DNA of 60,708 nt, filler included. It is 5 parts of 5 records of this genome, joined end to end, with 100 filler letters (N's around TTAATTAATTAA, not from the genome) between each part and the next. Parts side by side here need not be neighbours in the genome. Positions count along the whole stretch, not along the records: positions 17,716 to 28,179 come from SRR31156797_31998; positions 28,280 to 34,051 come from SRR31156797_32014; 3 more parts are not named here. One strand, written 5' to 3'. Shown one piece after another: positions 19,854 to 28,547 of the stretch. A model generated the notes under the pieces. That model was not told the origin of the DNA. It made no database searches and was given only the letters and a program-made list of their open reading frames with translations. Both the position numbers and the translations under genes were made by a program. Numbering within the stretch: position 1 is the stretch's first letter; the number at the start of each line of letters is the position of its first letter.

Positions 19854-20017
19854 ACCGGAGAAGTCTGTTCTTTGCCTGATGTTGCGATAACAACTCTGTT
19901 TCGAGTTAACAGTAGTTCGTAAAAAACGGCAAAGCCATGGGTTCAGTATTGTAGATACATGTATTCACAATAGCTTGTTTGTAATTGATAAAAATATATT
20001 TTACGGAGGGTACACAC

Positions 20018-21361
20018 ATGATCAAACGCATAACTCTATTTTTAACCCTTTTGTTTTGCACGGTCGCAGGTATGGCAGTTGCAGCAGAGCAGCCCAAAGA
20101 GGATAAATTTATAATCATACAGCATGTAAACATTTTTAACGGTACAAATGATAGCCTGGCCAAAGGACAGGACGTTCTGATCAAAGGAAACCAGATTGAA
20201 GCCATTGGTAAAAACATCACGCCCCCGGCTGGTGCCACGGTCATCGACGGTGGAGGCAGAACGCTTACCCCGGGCTTTATTGATGCCCACACCCATCTGC
20301 AATGGAATTTAGGTGTCCAGGATCATATGGCGACGCCGCTTGATTACCAGGGGGCCATTGCATTGGTTGACGCAAAAAATACATTGATGCGGGGATTTAC
20401 CACCATTCGGGATGTTGCGGGTACAGTTTTTGGGGTCAAAAGAGCCATTGATGAAGGGTATTTTCCCGGGCCACGCATCTATTCCAGTGGGGCTGCCATC
20501 GGCATGACCACCGGCCACGGCGACTTCAGATCGGAACACACGCTGCCGCGCCAAATGGGCGGTCCTGGAGAAACACCACTTGAAAAGGCCGGTTTCACCA
20601 TACTGGCAGACGGAGTGGATGAGGTGTTGACAGCCAGTCGCATGCAGTTTCGCAAAGGGTCGCACTTTCTGAAATTGTTTGTCGGCGGGGCTGTATCCGG
20701 GATGTATGATCCACTTGATATTATGGAATACTCTTTGGAGGAGGTCAAGGCTGCAGCGGATGAAGCAAAACGCTGGAATACCTACCTGGCCGTTCACACC
20801 TATACCGACCTTGCCACCCAGGCGGCCATCAAAGCCGGTGCAAAGACCCTTGAACACTGCAACTTGATAACCGATGAAACCATGAAGATGGCGGTTGAGA
20901 ACGACTGTTATATCAGTGCCCAGACCGGTGTTTATCTCAGCCCTGCGCCGGACAGTTTCACCCCCGGCCAGAAGGCCCGTCAGCAGCAGGCGGCCGAAGG
21001 GTTAGACAATCTGATGAATCTTTGCAAAAAGTACAAAGCCAAGGTACTTTTCGGTGCTGATATGGTCGGCTCACTGGAAAACAAGCGCATGCATCTTACC
21101 GAGTTCACCAACCGCACCAAATGGTTTTCCAATGCGGAAATTCTCAGACAGGCAACCGCTGTAAATGGTGACGTGCTGGCCTTAAGCGGCCCGCGCAATC
21201 CGTATCCGGGCAAACTCGGCGTTATTGAGAAAGGGGCTCTTGCTGACCTGCTGTTGGTTAACGGCAACCCCCTTGAGGATATCTCCATCCTGCTGAAGCC
21301 CGAAGAGAATCTGGCCCTGATCATGAAAGACGGCAAGATCTACAAAAATACAATCAACTAA
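20018..21361 (+). CDS. Exported metal-dependent amidohydrolase (Xaa-Pro dipeptidase-like)
   Basis: Signal peptide; PGFIDAHTH, GFTTIRD, AVH, EH, GAD, GALADLL; GGAGG RBS before ATG 20018. Confidence 0.9.
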   Translation: MIKRITLFLTLLFCTVAGMAVAAEQPKEDKFIIIQHVNIFNGTNDSLAKGQDVLIKGNQIEAIGKNITPPAGATVIDGGGRTLTPGFIDAHTHLQWNLGVQDHMATPLDYQGAIALVDAKNTLMRGFTTIRDVAGTVFGVKRAIDEGYFPGPRIYSSGAAIGMTTGHGDFRSEHTLPRQMGGPGETPLEKAGFTILADGVDEVLTASRMQFRKGSHFLKLFVGGAVSGMYDPLDIMEYSLEEVKAAADEAKRWNTYLAVHTYTDLATQAAIKAGAKTLEHCNLITDETMKMAVENDCYISAQTGVYLSPAPDSFTPGQKARQQQAAEGLDNLMNLCKKYKAKVLFGADMVGSLENKRMHLTEFTNRTKWFSNAEILRQATAVNGDVLALSGPRNPYPGKLGVIEKGALADLLLVNGNPLEDISILLKPEENLALIMKDGKIYKNTIN

Positions 21362-21443
21362 TCACAGAGTTATAGGCGGTTGGTATTTAAAAGAACTCTG
21401 ACACCCAGGCAAACCACTTATATAGAAATTATGTGAAAAGCCC

Positions 21444-23042
21444 ATGCAAACGACCTTATTAAACCGTTTTTCCCTTACTGTTATGTTGCTGGTTATCTAC
21501 ACCGCCCCGATGTATGCGGATACTCGCATCACTTCATGGGATGACCTGCGGCCAAGCAAAAACATCGAGTTTAACGACCCCATTGCCCAATTAAGCCCGG
21601 AACAGTTACGGGAACTGCGCATAATCGTGCGTATCCGCTGGCTGATAGCCAATCATAAAAGTGAACCAAACGGTGTAAGTGCCAGGGAAGAGCAGCGGCT
21701 TGTCAAGCATCTGGCCGATCAGGGCGTCGATGTGGAGTGGCTGCTGTCCCAACGGAAACAAGTGGCCGATGAACGTCGCAAGAAGCTTGAATCGACTGCC
21801 TCCGGGGTTGTTGGTACGGTCATTCGCATTCCGGGCTATGTGATGCCCTTGTTTCCAGAACAACAGAAGGTGACCGATTTTCTCCTGGTACCCTGGGTGG
21901 CGCCCTGTGCCCATTTTCCGCCGCCTGCTGCTAATCAGGTCATACATGTGACCATCGCACCGGCAATGGCACCTAAAGGCCGCTTTGATCCGGTCTGGAT
22001 TGAGGGAATTTTGCACCGCAATCCGGCTGAATATACCCTATATCTTGTGGACGGCATCAGTCACATTGAAGCCGATTACAGGCTTGAGGGCAAATTCATA
22101 GCCGATTATTCGGCCAATGAGTCGGATGTACTGACAAAGGGAATGGCAGCCGTTGATCCAGAGCAATCCTGGTACAGGAAAATGCAGATGCGGGTGACCA
22201 TCCTTTTTACCCAGGCGATGACAGCCATCCGTGATCGCCACTCCGCCGGCCCTCTCTGGTTTGGTCTGTTTCTGGCCTTTGCCTATGGAGCGCTGCATAC
22301 TGTGGGGCCGGGCCACGGTAAGGCTGTGGTTGTCTCGTACTTTGCCGGTCACGGCGGCAGTCTTGGGCGGGGTGTTCGCATGGGCGCAATCATTGCCGTC
22401 TGCCATGTGCTGTCGGCCGTGGTTGTCGTGGGCTTGACCGGCTTTGCCATTCGCCAGGTAACCGGCCACGCCCCTGCTGATTTCAGGATCGTCAAGCTGA
22501 TAAGCTATGCAGCAATCGGGGGGATTGGGGCTTTTATGCTATGGCGTACCTTACGCGATATGCGGACCAAAGAAGCACCTGTTGGCCTGTGTACCATCGC
22601 GGAGCATGTTCACGATCATGGCGAACATCACCATGGCTGCTGTGCCTGCAGTTCCATCTCCGAGCACAATGACACGCCCATGGGCTGGCTGGCCCTGGCT
22701 GCCGGTGCGGTTCCATGCACCGGTGCAATCCTTGTTTTGCTGTTCGGTCTGTCCCATAACCTGCTGGGCCCGGCCATTTTAATGGTAATGATGATGTCGC
22801 TGGGCATGGCTATTGCCATCTCAGGCATCGGTATTCTTGCCATTTTGGGGCGCAATTTGGCCGAACGAAAGTTCATCAAAAACAGTGTCATGGCTGAACG
22901 TTTCAACCTGGGCCTCAAGGTGACTACAGCGTCAGTCATTCTGCTTATCGGAATCGGTCTGTTCACCCTGACTCTGGGTGAAAAGGCAAATGGAAATGCC
23001 CGGCTCTTAAATACAAACGCGACAATGTTATATCAAAAGTGA
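21444..23042 (+). CDS. DUF3299 domain fused to an RcnA/NicO-type permease
   Basis: WDDL...IPGYVMPL...FLLVPWVAPCAHFPPPAANQVIHV, then HTVGPGHGKAVV, a His/Cys-rich loop and VPCTGAIL. Confidence 0.85.
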   Translation: MQTTLLNRFSLTVMLLVIYTAPMYADTRITSWDDLRPSKNIEFNDPIAQLSPEQLRELRIIVRIRWLIANHKSEPNGVSAREEQRLVKHLADQGVDVEWLLSQRKQVADERRKKLESTASGVVGTVIRIPGYVMPLFPEQQKVTDFLLVPWVAPCAHFPPPAANQVIHVTIAPAMAPKGRFDPVWIEGILHRNPAEYTLYLVDGISHIEADYRLEGKFIADYSANESDVLTKGMAAVDPEQSWYRKMQMRVTILFTQAMTAIRDRHSAGPLWFGLFLAFAYGALHTVGPGHGKAVVVSYFAGHGGSLGRGVRMGAIIAVCHVLSAVVVVGLTGFAIRQVTGHAPADFRIVKLISYAAIGGIGAFMLWRTLRDMRTKEAPVGLCTIAEHVHDHGEHHHGCCACSSISEHNDTPMGWLALAAGAVPCTGAILVLLFGLSHNLLGPAILMVMMMSLGMAIAISGIGILAILGRNLAERKFIKNSVMAERFNLGLKVTTASVILLIGIGLFTLTLGEKANGNARLLNTNATMLYQK

Positions 23043-23102
23043 TGACACCGGGATTGGGCCGTCTTGCTTTGATATTGCTGGTGACATTATTACAGGAGAG
23101 CC

Positions 23103-23309
23103 ATGGATAAAGCAGGTGTGTACCGCATTACCGTCAGGGGAACGCTGCCTGAAAGCTTTCTTGACCGGGTTGGCGGTATGCAAATCGTAAAAGGCACATC
23201 TTCGACACCCCTGCTGGAAGGGCTGTTACCCGACCAGGCTGCCTTAATGACATTGATGAGTACTTTAACAATAAGATTGCTTTCCTCAAAAATTAACAAG
23301 GAAATTTAA
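23103..23309 (+). pseudogene. Small YRITVxG...LPDQAA protein, probably 3'-truncated paralog of 26855..27136
   Basis: Aligns with the paralog up to LPDQAAxM, then loses similarity and overlaps the convergent dcuC end. Confidence 0.55.
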
Positions 23310-24689
23310 AATTACAACTGTAATCATACCGCCGGCAATAGGAACAGATGTTCGTTTTACCAGCTGAATAGGTTCCACCTTGGCCAGGCCGGAAACAGCT
23401 ATAATCACAGCGGTAATGGGAGATATGGTTCGTGCAAGTGATGAAGTTTCCTGCATTGGCAGAAGCATTTTGGCAGCGTTAATGTTGTATTTTGTCGCAA
23501 TTCCTGGTATCAGTTCACCAAATGACATAAAAGAGGCATTACCAGACCCCATCAAAATGGCAGAAACACCAATAACCGCTACAATTACGAGTGTCATCCC
23601 AGTGGGGGTTAAACCTGCCGATGCGGCCGATTCCAGTATCAGGTCGATGATTCCCACCTGCTTGAGACCATCGGCGAAAAGAGCCGCAGCAATAACCAGT
23701 GTAACCACTGAACTAAAGACCTGCCCCATACCATCCATGAAAGCTTTAGCATTTTGAAAAGCCTCTACAACACTGCGTTTATCGAGAATATCTACAAAAA
23801 CACAGATGGAGACACTCACCAAAATAGCTGTCACAAGATGAATCGAATAGCCAATACTGGTCATTTTACTAAAAACAATAACCAACACCAGTGGAATTAT
23901 ATTTAAAAGGGCTAGATAGCTGGGAGTCTCTTGCATCTTTTCAGCCTCATCCCCCTGTGAAAGCTCCTCATAATCAACGGAAGAGTTTTGCCCAGGCATA
24001 GAGTCTTCACGCATATCCATAAACCTCTGCCACAGAAAGTGTAGTACAGCCATAATCACTATGGCTGGCAAGACAACCGGTACCTGGTAACCGAAAACAT
24101 ATTGCGCGACTTCCATTTCGGCTCTTCCCGCGGCATAAATAACATTTGATTGAGTGGGGCCAAGCTCCAGCGCTCCTGTTGTGGCTATCGGTGCTGCTGC
24201 TGAGAGACGGCTCAGTCCAAGCCCGCGGAATACAGGGTACATGGTGGCCATCAACAGCAAACCAAGACCAGTTGCACTGGTAATAAACATGTTGAGAAAG
24301 GCTCCGATTATATAACCAATGGCAATAACCACATAGGGAGACTTGAGTTTACTCATGGGGGCAGTTGTTATTCTAACCAGTGCATGGGAAGCTCCCATAC
24401 TGGACATATAGGCAGCAAATCCGCCGACTGCCATGATATTCATACCAAGCTTGGCAGCCGTGGAACTGAAAAGACCGTGTAATTTTTCAAAAAGATCAAA
24501 AAACCAGAACGCCGAGGGTTCCACGCCACCCACTGCGCCTTCTGGAATGATGGTGCTGTTACCTGTAAGCCAGCCAGCAATGAGCAATACAAAGCCAGCA
24601 ACAATAAGAACCGCCTGAGTGTACCAACCTTTGGCGATGCCATAAACAATGAAGGCAATAACCGGAAGGGTAATAGCAATTTCAATCAT
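23286..24689 (-). CDS. dcuC: DcuC family C4-dicarboxylate transporter
   Basis: IMAVGGFAAYM...GAS, SATGLGLLLMAT, MGSGNA, RTISPITAVII, VKRTSVP. Confidence 0.88.
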   Translation of the reverse strand: MIEIAITLPVIAFIVYGIAKGWYTQAVLIVAGFVLLIAGWLTGNSTIIPEGAVGGVEPSAFWFFDLFEKLHGLFSSTAAKLGMNIMAVGGFAAYMSSMGASHALVRITTAPMSKLKSPYVVIAIGYIIGAFLNMFITSATGLGLLLMATMYPVFRGLGLSRLSAAAPIATTGALELGPTQSNVIYAAGRAEMEVAQYVFGYQVPVVLPAIVIMAVLHFLWQRFMDMREDSMPGQNSSVDYEELSQGDEAEKMQETPSYLALLNIIPLVLVIVFSKMTSIGYSIHLVTAILVSVSICVFVDILDKRSVVEAFQNAKAFMDGMGQVFSSVVTLVIAAALFADGLKQVGIIDLILESAASAGLTPTGMTLVIVAVIGVSAILMGSGNASFMSFGELIPGIATKYNINAAKMLLPMQETSSLARTISPITAVIIAVSGLAKVEPIQLVKRTSVPIAGGMITVVILNFLVNF

Positions 24690-24707
24690 ACAAATCTCCT
24701 CCTCAAA

Positions 24708-25859
24708 TTAGAATATGGTGTACTCCCCATCTTTCATGAGCTCCAGTGAACCGCCATCTGGATAAGAGAGCTGTACACTGTCAACATGGATACGCGGGGC
24801 AGTTTCAGGTATATATATTCGATCAATATGCACCACCGCCTCTGGGGTGGTGAAGTCTTGGACACCAACGTCTCCACCGAAATGATCTGAGCGGCCAAAG
24901 GCAATATGCAAACCAAGCTTTTCATCGAGTAGAATTACACCAATGGGTTTGAGGCCGAAATCTCCCAAGACACCGAAGCCGATTTCTGAAATGTTTGCAT
25001 AGGCAGGCTCATCCTGGATGTAGCGCGCTTCTTCAGAAGAGTGTGTGCCCTGACTGACAATCTCCACAGCCCGATTTTGTTCAATACGGTAAAGAACAAC
25101 TTCTTCTCCCAGCTGGACAGGTAATGTTCCCGTAGACAGTGATACCTCATCCAGTTCACCTTCATAGGGAACGATATAAGATTCTCCTGATGGCAGATTA
25201 CCGGCAGAACCATTCACTGGAAATCGGCCACCGGAGGCATGTCCTTTACGATGTCTCAGATCAAAGAGAACCTCGTATGATTTTTGACCATCAACAGTAA
25301 ATTGAATTGTGGCGGAATGTGCTCGGGTCAGTTCATCTTTAACCCGGTTCACACGATCATTGACTAGCTGGTAGTCAATTCTAAGTGCAGGTATCATGGC
25401 CTCAGAAAAACCGGGCATGGTGGCTGCACGAAAATTGTATTTTTTAGAAAGAATTTTAAGAGGTGCAGTTGTGGAAAGCTGTGTGAGGGCCATTACAAGA
25501 GTGACTTCTTTCAACACCTCTTCGATAACCACCCGCCCATCAAGGTCTGATAACTGCTCAACCGTGAGTTGTTCAGCCTCTTCCACAATGACCCCCCAGG
25601 TGGGAAGATCGGCATTGTTGGTATGAACATTAGAGTAAGCAAGTAAACGCACACTCTCCAAACCCAAATCTTCCTTCACTTGTTCTAAAAGCCTACGCCA
25701 TTGCTGAGCAATGCGTCTACGGCTACTCCATAATTTTGTTTCAGGCAGGTGTTCATCAGGTATATCCACCAAGAGCAGCATATGCCGATCATCAGCTGAA
25801 AGTGAAAAAACGGACTGTACAAGAGCAATAAGTTCTTCTGTTTTCAGGCTGTCATCCAT
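24708..25859 (-). CDS. M29-like (thermophilic metalloprotease / aminopeptidase T-type) protein
   Basis: GNLPSGE, NISEIGFG, DEKLGLHIAFG, HID; start at MDDSLK after AAGGAG. Confidence 0.75.
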   Translation of the reverse strand: MDDSLKTEELIALVQSVFSLSADDRHMLLLVDIPDEHLPETKLWSSRRRIAQQWRRLLEQVKEDLGLESVRLLAYSNVHTNNADLPTWGVIVEEAEQLTVEQLSDLDGRVVIEEVLKEVTLVMALTQLSTTAPLKILSKKYNFRAATMPGFSEAMIPALRIDYQLVNDRVNRVKDELTRAHSATIQFTVDGQKSYEVLFDLRHRKGHASGGRFPVNGSAGNLPSGESYIVPYEGELDEVSLSTGTLPVQLGEEVVLYRIEQNRAVEIVSQGTHSSEEARYIQDEPAYANISEIGFGVLGDFGLKPIGVILLDEKLGLHIAFGRSDHFGGDVGVQDFTTPEAVVHIDRIYIPETAPRIHVDSVQLSYPDGGSLELMKDGEYTIF

Positions 25860-26240
25860 GTTGTTCTCCTTTATCATGGACAGAAGTTATTTTCAAAAAC
25901 TCCTCTTGGTGAAAACGGTTTATATTGTAACGGAATTGTCTAAGGAAGAGGAGTTATGGATCAGAAATTTTTCATAACATGAACAGGTTTTATTGACAAG
26001 GAATTTTGAGGGAATGTTATTCGATACCGACTAAACTGAGGTGGAAATCGTGCTTCAGATTATAAAACTAAATGGTGGGGCAAAAAAAATTATATTTTTT
26101 GTGGCAAGGTCACACCTTTTTTCTTGTGTCATATATTATGACTTCAAAGAGGATTAAGCTCCTCAAATGTATATCAATGTCATTAACTTAACGGATCGGT
26201 TGATACCCATAATGGAAACGACCGACCAATCCGTTACCCC

Positions 26241-26348
26241 CGGGAAAGGGAAATTTTCCCCCTGCTGGCAGATGGCTTAAGTAATAAAAAGATCGCCTCC
26301 AGACTTTGCATTTTGGGTTTCAGGGACCATAGGCTGAAACATCAATAA
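26241..26348 (+). pseudogene. LuxR/MalT-type HTH remnant
   Basis: Manual translation REREIFPLLADGLSNKKIASRLCI matches the first half of a LuxR HTH; upstream LT is out of frame and the recognition helix is missing. Confidence 0.75.
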
Positions 26349-26601
26349 CCCCTCCCGCCTGACGCCATTGTCTTCCCATTTTTCAGCCGAATACATATCT
26401 GTCTACGCCATATGGAGTAGATAAAAAACGTAAAAATACGCCTCTCGGTCGATTTTAAATTCCATTGATTCTTTGTATGTTCCTGAACAGTTTCAGATCC
26501 AACTTGTTGGCCTTCTGGATCAACAGACGGCAGCATTATAACTAAAGCAATGATTTTCTGGTTCATGCTGTTTGATTTCAGCAGTCCGTCAGCATGATTA
26601 G

Positions 26602-26841
26602 GCCGGATATTTCACGAGTCAAATTTGCTTTAGATGCAAGTTGCAGGACGCGCCGCTGTAATCGTTTACCGCAAGCGGCCTGCAGCGAAGCAGATGAAGT
26701 AAATTTGGCTCGCCTGAAAGGTGAAAATTTAAATTCACCGGTTACACTTTGTATTTTTTAAAACAGTCGCAAATACAAGATAAATATTTGATATTAGAGC
26801 TAAAAGTCCGATTGAATTTGAATTTTCATGAAATATCCGGG
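26602..26841. mobile_element. 240-bp MITE-like element
   Basis: Terminal inverted repeats GCCGGATATTTCACGA / TCATGAAATATCCGGG, flanked by TTAG direct repeats (26598-26601, 26842-26845); internal long palindrome ~26617-26712; no ORF. Confidence 0.8.
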
Positions 26842-26854
26842 TTAGAGAGGTGCC

Positions 26855-27136
26855 ATGGATAAAGCGGCCGTTTACCGTATCACAGTCAAAGGAGTGCTGC
26901 CCGAAAGCTTTGTGGACCGGATGGGTGGACTCAAAATTTTGAAACGCACTGACACTTTAACCGTTCTTGAAGGCCGGCTGCCTGACCAGGCAGCCGTGAT
27001 GGGTGCCCTGGATGCACTATACGGATTTCATCTGCCTTTAATTGAAGTGGTCTGCATTGAAAACTGTGAATGCAAAACAACCAAAACAAATCAAGGCGCA
27101 AACGTTGGCCTTGCGCATAAGAGATTACATCCATGA
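26855..27136 (+). CDS. Small hypothetical protein (YRITVKG...LPDQAAVMGAL family)
   Basis: AGAGG RBS; paralog at 23103. Confidence 0.75.
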   Translation: MDKAAVYRITVKGVLPESFVDRMGGLKILKRTDTLTVLEGRLPDQAAVMGALDALYGFHLPLIEVVCIENCECKTTKTNQGANVGLAHKRLHP

Positions 27137-27264
27137 TCAGGTCAATCTTTAAAAAAGGCGCATCTGCAGGAACCATTGCAATTGAGCCCGAGGCAAAGCT
27201 TGCAGGAGAAGTTTCCGAAAAGTTTGTGCCTGCAAAACCCTTCAAATGGTAAAGAAGCAAATCC

Positions 27265-27537
27265 ATGGGAAAAGAGACAAGATTATTTAAAAGCCGGGAC
27301 CAAAAGAGCCGCACAGATGTCAGTACTTTTTTACATCAGTTTGCCCACAAAATTGCCCAGGGGAACGTCACGCTAAGTCAGGGCGCAGACGACCTGATGC
27401 TGCAGTTGCCGGACAATGTCGTGCTTGAAGTACAGGTGGAAGACGAAGAAAAAAAGACCAGGGGCGTCCAGCACAGTCTGGAAATCGAAATCAAGTGGTT
27501 CGATAACCTGCAGGCAGGCATACTGGAACTTAAGTGA
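27265..27537 (+). CDS. Amphi-Trp domain protein
   Basis: LVLP-like core LMLQLPDNVVLEVQVEDE and terminal SLEIEIKW. Confidence 0.8.
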   Translation: MGKETRLFKSRDQKSRTDVSTFLHQFAHKIAQGNVTLSQGADDLMLQLPDNVVLEVQVEDEEKKTRGVQHSLEIEIKWFDNLQAGILELK

Positions 27538-27568
27538 CGTAATTTCATAGAAAAATAAAGAGGCGAAG

Positions 27569-28179
27569 ATGACCGGAGACAGATCAAATTTTGCAATTGC
27601 TGCAGGTTCTTACATAACATTCATGCTTGCGGCCTGTCTTATCATGCTGACGGCAGCACCTGTTTGGGCTCAGTTGCCCAAGGCCATCATTGACACCCCG
27701 GAGGAACTGGAACGGGTGAAAACACAACCGGACAGCCAATCGGTGGATGACCTGTCAAGGGAGCTTTCCAATCCAAACACCCCTTTGGCCAAGCTGACCC
27801 TTGAGAACACCACCACCTTTTATGACGGCACCCTGCCTGACAGTGATGATCAGGTGGTCAACCTGACACTTTTTCAGCCCATATTCCCCTTTCCCCTGGT
27901 GGAAGACGGTACGACCAATCTTTTTGTCCGGCCCGCGTTCACATTTATTGCCGGACAGCCCTCGTATGATCCTGTTGAAGGAAGATTCAGCGACTCAAAC
28001 GGGTTGAGAGATATGGGGTTTGATGTGGCACTGGGGCAAACCACGGCCAGTGGATGGATCTTTGTCGCCGGGCTGCAGGGCACGGTTCCCATTGCCTCGG
28101 AAAGTGAGCTTTCCTGCGGTCAATTTCGTCTGGGACCGGAATTTGCCGTCGCTTATATAAATAAAAAGGGGTTTGTGGG
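27569..28179 (+). CDS. Exported, probably outer-membrane protein, 3'-truncated
   Basis: Signal peptide, LSRELSNP, FQPIFPF, amphipathic beta strands; runs into the contig edge. Confidence 0.6.
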
Positions 28180-28279
28180 NNNNNNNNNNNNNNNNNNNNN
28201 NNNNNNNNNNNNNNNNNNNNNNNTTAATTAATTAANNNNNNNNNNNNNNNNNNNNNNNNNNNNNNNNNNNNNNNNNNNN
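28180..28279. other. Artificial contig spacer
   Basis: N-run with central TTAATTAATTAA. Confidence 0.99.
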
Positions 28280-28318
28280 TCCGCTCCGCAACATGTACCA
28301 ACCGTTAACTGTAATGGT
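28280..28318 (+). repeat. Right end of an upstream attC-like site, including the core GTT at 28304
   Basis: CCGCAACATGTACCAACC-GTT resembles CGGCAACAAAACTTACCACCACC-GTT at 34002-34027; cut by contig edge. Confidence 0.6.
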
Positions 28319-28547
28319 GAAAAAAAGTGCATACAATAAAAACAAATGTAAGGAGGTGTAAAACATGAAATAACATTAACTGCCAAACAAATCAAGGATT
28401 CTATTTGGCATGGAAGTTTGGTATCTGCTAATTCCAGTAGTCTTTCCATTAATTGAAACTACAAAAAACCTCACCCCATAGTTGACGGCAATCTACGCAG
28501 GGATGAGGCTGCAAAACAATTAAGTTTTAACTTTCAAAAATAAACAA

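Noticed and set aside
26342-26566. 74-aa minus-strand ORF
   Set aside because: No recognisable family; lies in a decayed region between the LuxR remnant and the MITE, so it cannot be supported as a gene
28406-28421. Sigma54-like promoter TGGCATGGAAGTTTGG
   Set aside because: -24/-12 spacing is off by one base and the GC dinucleotide is absent
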